Both the position numbers and the translations under genes were made by a program. A stretch of 53,747 bases of DNA, filler included, from Trypethelium eluteriae (taxonomy: Eukaryota), in assembly GCA_051942245.1 (NCBI GenBank). It is 2 parts of 2 records of this genome, joined end to end, with 100 filler letters (N's around TTAATTAATTAA, not from the genome) between each part and the next. Parts side by side here need not be neighbours in the genome. Positions count along the whole stretch, not along the records: positions 1 to 26,847 come from JAVECL010000342.1; 1 more part is not named here. The stretch is one strand, 5' to 3'. Under the pieces are notes generated by a model. It had not been told where the DNA came from. It made no database searches and saw nothing but the letters and a program-made list of their open reading frames with translations. This document shows, piece after piece, positions 10,829 to 22,076 of the stretch (positions are counted from its first letter, which is position 1; the number at the start of each line of letters is the position of its first letter).

Positions 10829-12722
10829 CTATTCTTCCAAAACACTGAAGATATTGGCAGATTGAGCCCCTCGTTTACCGGCCAGGTTCTCCTTAGCAAC
10901 GCTCTGTTTCTCAGCCATCTTCTTCATCCTCCTTTTCTCTTTCTTCAATAGGTCACTCATCTCAGCAACTTCTTCCACGCCAAGGGACTCGTAGAGGTCG
11001 TCAACAGCAGTCTCGGAGTCCCTCCTGTGCTCCTCAGTTCTATTGCCATGTGACTTGAAAAGGTGTTGCAAGAGTGGAAGTGTGATGAATCGCTCCTGGA
11101 GCCTTCTGATCAGTTGAATCAAGTCTTGATCTTGAGAAGCCACTGGTACGGCAGCGAGGAATACGTCAATGAACTGCTTCAGCATCCTCATCGAGTAGAG
11201 GGCCGCCTGTAGCTGTGCCTGTAAATGGGTCCACGCCCACGAGTCCAGGATCGAGTGTCGGAATCTCAGAAGTTGATTTATCTCGGATTTTGGTGGGGCA
11301 AGTTTGCCGGTTTCGAGTAACGTCTCGCAGACGGTCTTTACGCCAAAAATCTGCCAGGCTTGATCAATATCAATAAAAGTATATCCAGTGTATTTTCGAG
11401 CGTGCTCGTCGAGATCGCTGAGCAATATTTCAAGGCTCAGTTCCAGATCCTGTAGGTCCAAGACCGTTATCCTTACTGTGACAACGTCATTTCCTCGTCT
11501 TCGAACTTCTTCTACGGGTTGTTCTGGGTTCTTAATACTAAGCAGCGAATAGCCAAGGCGTCGTATTTCTGACCCACTGATCCAAGCTGTAGCCTTCCTG
11601 GAATCCTCCAGTAGAGGTGGCAGATACATGTATCTGGTATTGCCAAGCTCGCCAGGAACTGGATCTCCCGGCGGCCTCAGCAGCAACCTTCCTGTACATT
11701 GATGCGTGAACTCTGAGACTCGCACGTCAAGCCATCGTAGTACGTGCGCAAGATGGGGATCACAAGACTGTGCTCTGTCCGATAGCTCCGAATGGGACAG
11801 TAAACTATTGAACTGGGCGGAAAATTGTATGTATTCTAGCGAATTGATAGACACGCTCCTAGCCAGCTGCAAGCTTCGTGAAAAGTGTTGCTTTTTTTCG
11901 ATGACATATGCCAGTTGAATGATATTTTGGAGGCCGAGGCTTCTGGCAATTTTCCTGGGATGAAATTGCAGGCTCTTGAGAGGACCATGTTCATTCTCGG
12001 CTGATAATCTAATATCGTTCAAGAATATGACAGATCCATCGACTCCGAGATCGTGAACTAGTAAGTCTGAGTCGTTCGTCAAGATTATGCCACCATGCTG
12101 TCTGACGTAATCGGCGCAGTATATATCGGCCTCTCCCGGAACAACGCTTGTATATGAGGCATAATCAGTCGAGTGTAAAGCTTCCACAATACCAGAGGCG
12201 AGGAAAGCTGGCGGAGGAAGGTCTTGAAGTTTGTTCTTTATTTTGCTAAAGTTAATCACGTCTTCACCTTCCGAAAAGCGAGCCCCCCTGGTAAACCAGG
12301 GTCCCAATTCCTCACTCATACGCGCGATAACAATCTTCTTGATGGCGCTTTGAAGACGTTGAAACCTTTCAGGCTCCTTCGATTTCGGCAGCAATCCATC
12401 GAAAAAGATTCTCTCGCTGTCTGCAGTATGAGCGTGGCTTCCAAACGTGCCCAATGCGCACCTACACGGTAATACCGTAGGCACGGACGCGATGCAGCCA
12501 ACCTACGGCAGCATCGCCAATTCTCTCGTACGACGGGAGAGCTTCGGTGAGGTCGGTTGCCTTGGTCTGATTCCGAAGACATTCCTGGTAGATGTAGTGA
12601 GCAAAGGCGGGCCCATCAATGACTAAACGTAAGTGTTCGTCGTGATCGTGCGAAGTCGGTGCTGCAACATTTATTACGGAAGCGTAGGGCCTGAGATTCG
12701 CCGTTAAATGAGGGATACCCAT
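10829..12722 (-). CDS. Asteroid/XPG_I_2-type PIN-like nuclease domain protein, 2 exons
   Basis: MGIPHLT start, LVIDGPAFAHYIY, and after a ~50-nt intron IFFDGLLP..K..ER, VPGEADIYCA and ILTNDSDLLVH. These are the acidic FEN/XPG-like PIN motifs. Confidence 0.9.
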
Positions 12723-13595
12723 TTAGTACGGCTTCTCCCTTCTGGAGATTGGCTTAGTATCATTAATTGCCAGATGGCGCAGGCAACGTTATCTTACGTA
12801 CGCGATTGATAACCGCAGTTTGTTGCTCATGGACGTTGCCTAGCAGTAGAGTAAAGGGATACACCTCTTGTACGACGGTCGGAACGACGCAGGGACAAGA
12901 GCCGACTGTGGTGCATGAAGCCCTCATCAAAGTTTGCTGGTATCCAGCAAGATTGTGGACCACCCCTGATTTGCGTCTGTAGATAGTCTGATGTATCAGA
13001 AAAAAAGCCGGGTGTACGATATGCGATCATGGCGAGGATGGACACGTTAAGCAGGCGTCGCTCCATGACTCGGCCACTCCAAGACCATATTCTCTCGAAC
13101 GATCATAATTTGCATCTAATGTTTCCCAGTGGTAGTTCGCCTCCACGTTCAGGAAGTACGCTCTAGATGCAGGTTTGTCGGTCGGTTATTGGTTGAAGAT
13201 TCTGAAGCTGAGATGGCCCCAGCGTGGCTCGGACATCCAACAAATCTTTTTAGCCACCCCTCACCGACGCCACTTCTTCGCGCTGACATACTTCGCATAG
13301 AACCAGCGGCGGGATGCAGCGATCTTGCATGGCTTCAAGGGTCTAGAGAAGACGGTTACACAACTTGCCAGAGCCCTGGCCAGTCATAAAAATGCGGCAC
13401 CGTGAGCCGTCATCGCCCTTTAGGGAAGGCTTGAGGAGAGCAGATTGAGTCTAGGAAGAGAGTTGAGCAAATTCAGGCTATCTCTTATACCTTCATCCCT
13501 TCTTCTGCTTTATTCATTCCAAATTTTCGTACTTTTGCAAAAGATATCATATTTTATCTGTAGACATATCAGTGGCTTGCCTGGTTTCCGGCAAC

Positions 13596-15512
13596 ATGGG
13601 AAAGGTGGGTGGGATCCCGGATGCAATCGGTCTCTCAACAAGCACTGACATTGGGTGGAAGGCTTTCAACATCTTCCTTGCGACATTTGCCGCTACTGGG
13701 TACGTTCAACGGCTTGATTATCGGAGCATTAATACCTGACGCCAATATAGATCATTTCTCTTTGGCTATGACTCCGGTGTGATGACCGGTATGTCCTCTG
13801 TGATCTTTCGTTTGAAAGCCATTCCTCGTTGATGATTGGGAAGATGTCATTGCATCCCAAGACTTCCTCACATTCTTCGATACCAACAGCTCAAGCCCTA
13901 TCATTGGTGCCATCAATGCCACCTTCTCAGGGGGAGCGGTCTTTGGCTCGCTTATGGGAGGTCTCACTATGGACCGCTTCGGACGCAAAAAGACTGTTCA
14001 GATCGGAGCCGTCATAGCATCAGTTGGGGCTATTCTACAGTGTGCTGCTTACAACCTAGCAATGATGTTAGTCGGGCGCATTATCGCTGGGTGGGCAGTC
14101 GGCTTGATGTCTATGTCTGTCCCTGTCTATCAAGCAGAATGCGCTCACCCCAAAACCCGAGGATTAATTGTCGGCCTCACACAACAAATGATTGGGGTGG
14201 GCTTCATCGTATCGACGTGGATTGGATATGGTTGCAATCATGCTCCAGACACTAGCTCGGTACAATGGCGCTTTCCGCTGGCCTTCCAAGTACTGCCTTC
14301 TCTCATGCTCCTTGTCGGACTCATATGGCTGCCAGAATCTCCGCGATACTTGATCGAGATTGGAAAAGAGGAGGAAGCTATGCGAGTCTTTCGAAAATTG
14401 CATCATGACGGATCGAATGAAGAGTGGATACAATCGGAGTTCCTTGAGATCAAAACTACCATCACAGAAGAGAAAGCAATCTCGGTTCTTGGTTGGCTAC
14501 CGATGTTCAAGATTCCAATGTGGAGGACTAGATTGATTCACGGAACACTGGTTCAAGTTTTTACGCAATTGACTGGAGTTAGTACGTACAGTAAACATGG
14601 TTCAAGATTCTTCCCACAAGTCGGGTCTCTAACGTCAACAGATGTTATCAACTATTATCAAACAATCATGTACGACGCTCTTGGGTTTACGGGACATAAG
14701 GCCGTTCTTGTTGCTGGACTGTATAATATTGTTGGACCCATTACAAGTAAGGGATCGGCAGAACCCACAATTTGCCTGATACTACCCTAACAGCTCAAAG
14801 ATTTCTTTTTCATCGTATTCGTTCTCGACCGCGTCGGTCGACGCAAGCCACTTCTATTTGGTGCTGTAGGCATCACTATCGCCTTGATCTGCGAGGCAGT
14901 CTTGAACTCGGTGAACCAGAATGGTACCGAACGTGGATCCTCCATCGCCGGTGTCTTCTTCATCTTCTCGTACGAACTTTCCCCTCTGATGCAGTTGCTG
15001 TGGGACTCGGTTGGCTATTGTGCTAATATCTCTATATCACCAGTGTTTCAGTAATATTTTCTCTCTCGTTTGGCCCCATTTCGTGGGTGTATATGTCAGA
15101 GATCATGCCCCTTTCTATCCGCGGCCGCGGCAACGCCTTTGCAACTGGCATCGGCAACTGGCTTGTCTCCACTCTGTTCGCCCAGGTCTCGCCGATCGCC
15201 CTTAGTCACATCAAATGGAAATATTACTTTGTTTTTGCAGCATTTAATATCGTCATTACAATCCCGACGATTGCCTTGTACTTCAAGGAAACAAAGCAGT
15301 TGAGTTTGGAAGAAATAGATTTGCTGTTCGTTAAGGAAGATGGAAGGAGGATCAGTGTCGATCAAGGTACGTTGGCAAGAGAAAGGGAGAGGAAGAGGAG
15401 CGTCCATACGATGAATGAAGGGAAGGAAACAGAGGGAACGTTGCAGTATGAGAAGAGTGCGGAGCTCAAGGATGCGTTGCCTGGATCATTCTTGAATGGA
15501 GTGAAGGTCTGA
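13596..15512 (+). CDS. MFS sugar porter family transporter, multi-exon
   Basis: Spliced MGK/AFNIFLATFAATG/SFLFGYDSGVMT, then DRFGRK, GRIIAG, PVYQAECAHPKTRG, WRFPLAFQ, PESPRYL, DRVGRRK and ETKQLSLEEID sugar-porter signatures. Confidence 0.93.
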
Positions 15513-15727
15513 GAAGTCGCTGGATAGGGCTGAGACTATGTACGGTTGCTCCTTAGCAAGATCACTGTCCCACCACGAGTTAAGAACGGCACGGCCCTGT
15601 CTTCATCCAAGACATTGAACGTGAGAAGCTATGAGTTGTATCGAACGCTGGCTGTCTCTATGATACAATGTCTTCGATCCTACCAACTCTACGAATCCTA
15701 TATTCACAGTTGCCCAACTCCCTTCTA

Positions 15728-16721
15728 TTAAGCGCTCCTCGCCGGAACTTCCTTGAATGGATATCGCGCTGCATCATCCTTCCTAATCCAGATCTTTTTT
15801 CGCTTCTTGTTTACCACGTGCTCCACCCATACCTCCTTTGCATTTGCGCCCAGCCACTTCCTAATAAATCGCGGGTCCCACATTTCACTGGCAACGCCAA
15901 GATCTTTGCAGCATCGCATCAACGCGTTCGATTTGCAGCCTTCGGTAGCCGTAGGTATGCCTTCAGGGTCGAAGTAGACCTGTTCGCCGCGGGCAACAGA
16001 CACTAGGCTGATCAACCAAAGTCAGCAATGCTCATTCATTGTACTCCAGCAAGTTTCGTGTAGCCAGATAAGCATTCCACGCCGAATGATTCACAGAACG
16101 CAGTCCTCAATTCCAACCTTGTCAACTTCAGAAGAATTTTTCAACATACCGTCCATTTGCCACCAACGCATACTCCCTCGTCACAAGCTTCCCCGTCACG
16201 ATAGTCTCCCCTCTCGGCGCCAGACCCCACCCGCCGGGCCCAAAGGCGCGGTTCAGGATGCGCCGGTACTTGATCTCCGGCAGGTAGATGATGCCATCAG
16301 GTTTGATCTCGATGTCATCCTCGTCAATGCGCTCGAGCAGCGCATCCGCAGCTTCTTTCGAGAAGCGCTCGTTCGAGAGACCGTGGAAGGAGCGGGTCCA
16401 GTCGACTTGCTTTTCGTCGGGGGAGAGGAGCGGAGGCGGGTCGTCGAGGCCGTCGGTGAGGGAGCGGAGTCCGGGGTCAGAGGAAGACGGTGGCGCCGAT
16501 GGAGAAGAGGAGGACGGAGAGGAGGAGGTGGCTCGAGAGGAGATACTGGTAGTTTGTTCTTGACGGCAGCGGAGGGAAGGACTGGTGAAGGCGCGGGTGG
16601 AGGGGATGTGGTGCTTGAGATGGCGGTGGAAGAAGGTTGTTGGTGTTGACTTTGCTCTTTCTGGTTTCTGGATGGCGCAGATAAGACCAGCGCCAAGTCT
16701 ACGAGCTGGTGCCAAGCTCAT
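15728..16721 (-). CDS. MGM101: Mitochondrial genome maintenance protein Mgm101, 2 exons
   Basis: [47 protein letters not shown] / [12 protein letters not shown]...[31 protein letters not shown]. Presequence-like N-terminus from the ATG at 16721. Confidence 0.96.
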
Positions 16722-17566
16722 ATTGGGAGGTTGAGGTGGTAAATGCAAGGCGAAGATCGAGTCGCTCACTTAGAAGACTCGAGGTTGGGAGATCGGGGAA
16801 CTTCGGTGGCTGGGAAGAGGTTGCGCCACAGCTTCACGCGCCACGAGTATTCGCACCTGAAGATTGAGAATTTACCTCGTACGGGCTTTGGCCGGAGCAA
16901 TTGCAAGCATAGAGTAAAGATTATTCGGAAAAGATATATTTACAAGTATTTTACGGCTATCATGATGGTGCATGTTCAAGTATCCTTGGTCTCAGTCCGT
17001 TGGTCGTTTCCTTGCCTTTTCCAGCACTCCCGAAATGCATTCATCTATATCAATGAATATGCGTTAGTGGGTCGCAATTTGAAATCACAAGTTTGGGGCA
17101 CTCGCAACTCTGGAAGTGTGATCGATATGGAATTGTAAATTTTCGTGGGTCGTGGTGACAGCTGACTGACTTGACAAGCTTACCTCTTTTCGACATGCCC
17201 TCCAGTCTTTTTTCTCGTAGTAACAATCATTCATCCTGGTGTTTTCAACTTTCGGACGGGTCAGTAAAAGGGAGGCAGTAAGTTAGGGAATGAACCGACC
17301 TGCGCAACCGGTGCTGAAAATTCTCTTGTCCCTGGAACGACGGTGAACCTTGGTCTATAGCAGTTGCCTAGTATTTTACGTACCAATCATCTGGCTCCTC
17401 GTCTTCCTCTTGCGTCTTTCTGTGGTCTTCGGCCGACATTCTCAAGCTTTCTCTGGCAGATCTCTCAGCAGTAGTCGGTTGGTGGACAGTAAGGAGTTTG
17501 TCGGGGGTTGTTAATAGTTCTTGGATACTCTACCTTACAAATAGTCCTACATGATTACTCACGACA

Positions 17567-19951
17567 ATGGCATCCAAACGCATGAACGTGCTCATATATA
17601 CCGGTAAGGCTTTTGGCTGACGGGCTTCGACACTCTCTGACTTCAGCATAATTATTGTGTTATTTGACCTGCAACTGAGCTTGAAATTGCTCTTTTCACT
17701 CCACGGCTGACACATACTTCAGGCATCGGTAGCACCGTCGAATCGGTCCGTCATTGCCTTTATACACTCCGTCGTCTTCTCTCACCAAATTATGCCGTCG
17801 TGACCATCACGAGCGAGACGCTTCTTAAGGAGCCATGGACGGCCTCATGCGCTCTTTTGGTCATGCCCGGCGGCGCTGATCTTGGCTACTGTCGTGTGCT
17901 CAATGGCGAAGGAAACCGGCGCATCTCACAATATGTCAACCGCGGAGGTATGTATCTAGGACTGTGTGCTGGAGGCTACTATGGCACTAGCAGATGCGAG
18001 TTCGAGGTCGGAGACAAAAAGATGGAGGTGGTAGGGGACCGCGAACTCGGATTTTATCCCAATACATGTCGTGGCCTTGCTTTTCCTGGATTTGTCTATC
18101 ACAGCGAGGCTGGCGCTCGAGCGACTGAACTCAAGACCAACAAGACAGCTCTAGCCGCTGGGGGTGGAAGTATTCCTGATGTTTTTCGCTCTTATTACAA
18201 TGGTGGGGGCGTCTTCGTTGATGCAGAGCAGCTCAAAGACCGCGGCGTAGAGATTTTAGCAAGCTACACTGAGGATTTGCATGTTGACTCGGGCGAGGGT
18301 AAGGCTGCTGTTGTATTTCGTAAGATCGGAGAGGGTGGTGCCCTGTTAACTGGTCCGCATCCCGAGTTAGTTGTTCCATGATTATTGCTGCCTCTCTGAA
18401 GCTCACTGTCATACCCAAGGTTCGCTGCGATCAACCTGAACAGGAAAGATGGCGGCCCTGACTATCCGAAGATGATCGACGCTCTACTCGCCGATGACAA
18501 AATGAGGGTCGACTTCCTGAAGGCTTGCTTACTCAAACTTGGTCTGCAGGTTAATCAGGAGGAGCAAGGAATCCCGTCGCTCTCTCGACTCCATCTCTGT
18601 TCAATCAAGCCATCAGAAGTCGCCGAGCTTGTTTCGTCATGGCAAGATGTTATTGTCACTGAGGATGGCGAGGAGTACATCAGGGGTGAACATGATACCT
18701 TCCATATTCACAAGCGATCGACATGGTCTACTCGTGCCATCAAAGACGCTGTAACTGATCTTACTACACCGGTTTCGGCCATAGCGAATTCATCTAGCAA
18801 GAGCGAAGAGGGATCAGATCCGCATCGCGTCGACGACATGGCGGACGCTAAATCAGCGGATCTCTCGTCCGATGATGATGAGGTGGTCAAGACTCTCGTC
18901 GCTCATGAGGACGACGAGCCTACTAACAAGGAAACGCCATATTTCAACCATGCGGCTTATTTCGCCAATCTCGCTCGTTATAACGAAAATAATCGAGATT
19001 CTGATGGAGGCTTCGGCAAATATCTCTTGTACGGCGAAGTCGTCACCTCAACGAATACAATCCTTGAGAAGAATACGTCGCTTCTTTCCCGCTTACCCCA
19101 AGGCTTTGCCTTCACAGCAACAACACAAGTCGCCGGCCGCGGCCGCGGTGCTAACGTCTGGGTCTCACCACCTGGATCCCTTATGTTCAGCACAGTCCTA
19201 CGGCATCCCCTGCACCTGAGCTCCAGCGCCCCCGCCGTCTTCGTTCAGTATCTCGCCGCGTTGGCCATCGTTCAAGGCATCACCACCTACGATCACGGCT
19301 ACGCGAACGTGCCTGTGAGGCTCAAATGGCCGAACGATATCTTCGCCCTCGATCCTACCGCCACGGGCTCTGGTGCCGAGAAGAAGTACGTGAAGATTGG
19401 AGGGATCTTGGTGAATAGCAGTTACAGCGGAAGCGATTACACGCTGGTGGTAGGAATTGGGCTGAACGTAACGAATGCGGCGCCAACGACGTCGTTGAAT
19501 GCTTTGCTAGGGATGAAGACGACGGCGGGTCTCCAGGCTTTTACGTTGGAAAAACTGCTGGCTCGAGTCCTGACCTGTTTTGAACGGGTATACACTAGGT
19601 TCTGTCGGTATGGCTGGGATGACGGGCTTAATGAGGAGTATCTCAAGTGGTGGCTGCATAGGTGAGCAGATTGTCCTTATCGCATGGGAGCAAATTTCTC
19701 TAAGCCGCACCATCATCCTCTGTAGACAATATTTGCTGACTGAAGCTTTTTTCAGTGACCAGATCGTAACGTTAGAGACCGAGGGTGGAGCAAGGGCTAG
19801 GATCAGGGGAATCACTAGGGACTACGGTCTGCTGCTTGCAGAGGAGCTTGGCTGGGAGGATAGAAAGACTGGGAAGACTTTCGAATTGCAGACTGACAGC
19901 AACTCATTTGACTTCTTCAAGGGATTGCTAAAGAAGAAGTCACACGTATGA
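17567..19951 (+). CDS. BPL1: Biotin-protein ligase (BPL_N plus catalytic domain), 4 exons
   Basis: MASKRMNVLIYTG/IGSTVESVRHCL, LLVMPGGADLGY, GLCAGGYY, STNT, QVAGRGRGANVWVSP, LKWPND, KIGGILVN, LQTDSNSFDFFKGL. Introns at 17604-17722, about 18367-18419 and about 19662-19755. Confidence 0.96.
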
Positions 19952-20210
19952 TTGCTGGAGAAGGGGGCGTACGGTAGCCTTCTCAATCATAGGCCACTGG
20001 CACTAGCTCCAAACCAACAATGGACATTCCTCGCCCCTCTGCTTTGGTGTGAGAATGAATAACGACAACAGAAGGTGGGAGGATTCGTGGGTCAGCGAGC
20101 GTAATCCAAGGATTGGGGGTCTCCCCCCTAAGACTGGGTTTGAATGGCGCTTTTGTATTTCATACATAGATAGCCCTAGTTCAAATCATTTGCATCCCTC
20201 GCCTCCTTCC

Positions 20211-20364
20211 TGGTATGGTATTGGAGGAAGGAACAGAGGGCACTTATCCACCTACCCAGAGAATCGACACTATCCATTGTGGCAGTCTCATCCCAACCCT
20301 TTCTGTGTCTGTAACTTCTAGATCGTTAGGTTCTCAGAACCACCATCATCCAGTTTCTTCATCA
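20211..20364 (+). repeat. 5' LTR (154 bp)
   Basis: TGGTATGGTATTGGAGG...CAGTTTCTTCATCA; 9 substitutions versus the 3' copy by manual alignment. Confidence 0.92.
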
Positions 20365-20748
20365 AATGGTAGCTCGAGCAAAGCGGGACTCGCCTATGAA
20401 CTTGATATCCCAAACAACTGGAAAATCCACCCTGTCGTCTCGATTGCCCACCTAGAACCAGCGGTTTCCCCTACAGACGATCACTACAACCGTCCTGGAC
20501 TGGAACAACCTTCCGCTCTGCAACCAGAAGAGGATGCATACGAAGTCGAAAAGCTCTTGAATCGCCGCACACGTCGTCGAGGACGAGGAAGCCCCATCAC
20601 AGAATACCTCGTCAAATGGAAAGGTTATGGTGTCGAACACAACAGATGGACACCGCAGGATTGGATCGTCGAAGATCTCTGCAAGGAATATGACGCCCGT
20701 TGCCCTAGAACCGAGGACTCCATGCGTGGAAAGAGAGGGGGCAAGTGA
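20215..20748 (+). CDS. Retrotransposon integrase C-terminus plus chromodomain, in an ORF starting inside the 5' LTR
   Basis: LAYELDIPNNWKIHPVVSIAHLEP (GPY/F module tail) and YEVEKLLNRR...EYLVKWKGYGVEHNRW (chromodomain). Homology is clear; expression is unknown. Confidence 0.6.
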   Translation: MVLEEGTEGTYPPTQRIDTIHCGSLIPTLSVSVTSRSLGSQNHHHPVSSSNGSSSKAGLAYELDIPNNWKIHPVVSIAHLEPAVSPTDDHYNRPGLEQPSALQPEEDAYEVEKLLNRRTRRRGRGSPITEYLVKWKGYGVEHNRWTPQDWIVEDLCKEYDARCPRTEDSMRGKRGGK

Positions 20749-20816
20749 GGAAACTTTCATTAACGTGACCCTACAGCTCGTTGAGGACAACGAGGTCTTT
20801 TTCGAAAGGTGGCATA

Positions 20817-20970
20817 TGTTATGGTATTGGAGGAAGGAACAGAGGGCACTTATCCACCTACCAAGAGAATCGACACTATCCATTGTGGCAGTCTCATCCC
20901 ATCCCTTTCTGTATATATAACTTCTAGATCGGTAGATTCTCAGAACCATCATCATCCAGTTTCTTCATCA
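20817..20970 (+). repeat. 3' LTR (154 bp)
   Basis: TGTTATGGTATTGGAGG...CAGTTTCTTCATCA; contains TATATATAA. Confidence 0.92.
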
Positions 20971-22076
20971 CTACCTATCTATGTTCTTCCCTGGTGTAAG
21001 AATGTATTCCTCAAATCTGTGCCGAGGGGACCCTCAAAGCTGTGGAGATAAAAACTCAGCTACCTCAAATATGAACAGTCTTCCGCAATAAATATCTCAT
21101 GAAATCTGCTCCTGCCGGAATCAATACTGTTGATTCTATGATACTTGATGCCCGTACGCTGACCGACACATTCGTTACAAGAGGGTTGGTAATTTAATTT
21201 TATAAACTATAATAAAAAATTTACTATTAGATTGATGAGATTGATAAGATCTACTGATAGTGTGAATACCAGTCCCTAAGAGTGTGATAGTCAGTATGAT
21301 GTGGATCCTTCTTCACATAACTTCACCAGCGGAAATGTGACTTGTTGTCCAGGTCAGGTGTCGACTTTTTACAAATTCACTCCCGCTCCTTGAGCTTACC
21401 TGCTTGATCACGCATAGTTACGCATACTCTCAGGTATGGCGCTGTCACCGATAGGTATGGTTGAGCATCCACGAGTGCTTCTGCTCGACCGCCTTCGATT
21501 TCCTGTCTAATCCTTCCGAGCCACTGCTTCTGAGTCTTCGATTTTCCGTCCAAGTTCTCGCGCTCTCCTTGAACAGCAATGAGTCGCCTTGCTATCCTTT
21601 TCTGGGGTGGTGTCATGGATGCGACAAAAGCCCGTTGTATCCTCGGCGAATTTCCTAGTAAGATCACCAAGGTTCATACCGGTACGGACTCCCCGCAATT
21701 TCTAGCCTGCTCGAAATGTCTTGAAAGTATACCTTTGAAGGAATCTTTGAGGGAGCTCAAGCTAGACACACCCGATACTCGGTATATTTCGAGAGCGGAT
21801 CTGAACAGAATGCTTGGAAACGCTGTTGATACGGAGAAGTTTAAAAGGAATAGCAGGACCGGCAGAGATCACAAATCTGGAGGAACTAAAGAGCTTAAAG
21901 TGGCAGAAGATGAGCATAGACTCCTGATGAGAGTTCTGGATCTTCATGACATGCTATTGGAAGCCCTGGTGGTAGAGGTAATCGAACATGAAGAAGGAAG
22001 GGAGCATATCGACTGGTATGGAGTCATTGAGGATTCGAATTAGGCATGCTCCTCTGTGTATAACCTCATTGCACTA

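Larger units (their letters stand above)
20211..20970 (+). mobile_element. Internally deleted, non-autonomous Ty3/gypsy chromovirus element (TRIM-like, 760 bp)
   Basis: Two 154-bp direct repeats bounded by TG...CA. PBS-like TGGTAGC follows the 5' LTR, and purine-rich GAAAGGTGG precedes the 3' LTR. Flanks are CTTCC and CTACC (5-bp TSD, 1 mismatch). The interior encodes an integrase tail plus chromodomain. Confidence 0.9.

Noticed and set aside
16900..17566. Intron-like signals upstream of BPL1 suggesting an N-terminal extension or uORF gene
   Set aside because: An in-frame TGA lies just upstream of the BPL1 ATG and no coherent spliced ORF was found; at most these are 5'-UTR introns.
20211..20970. 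Direct repeats as a CRISPR array or tandem gene duplication
   Set aside because: Only two 154-bp copies, with TG/CA ends, PBS, PPT and TSD, in a eukaryote: these are LTRs.
21377..22043. 154-aa plus-strand ORF (21579-22043) and nearby short ORFs
   Set aside because: No recognisable motif or convincing exon structure. It may be a gene remnant but cannot be supported.
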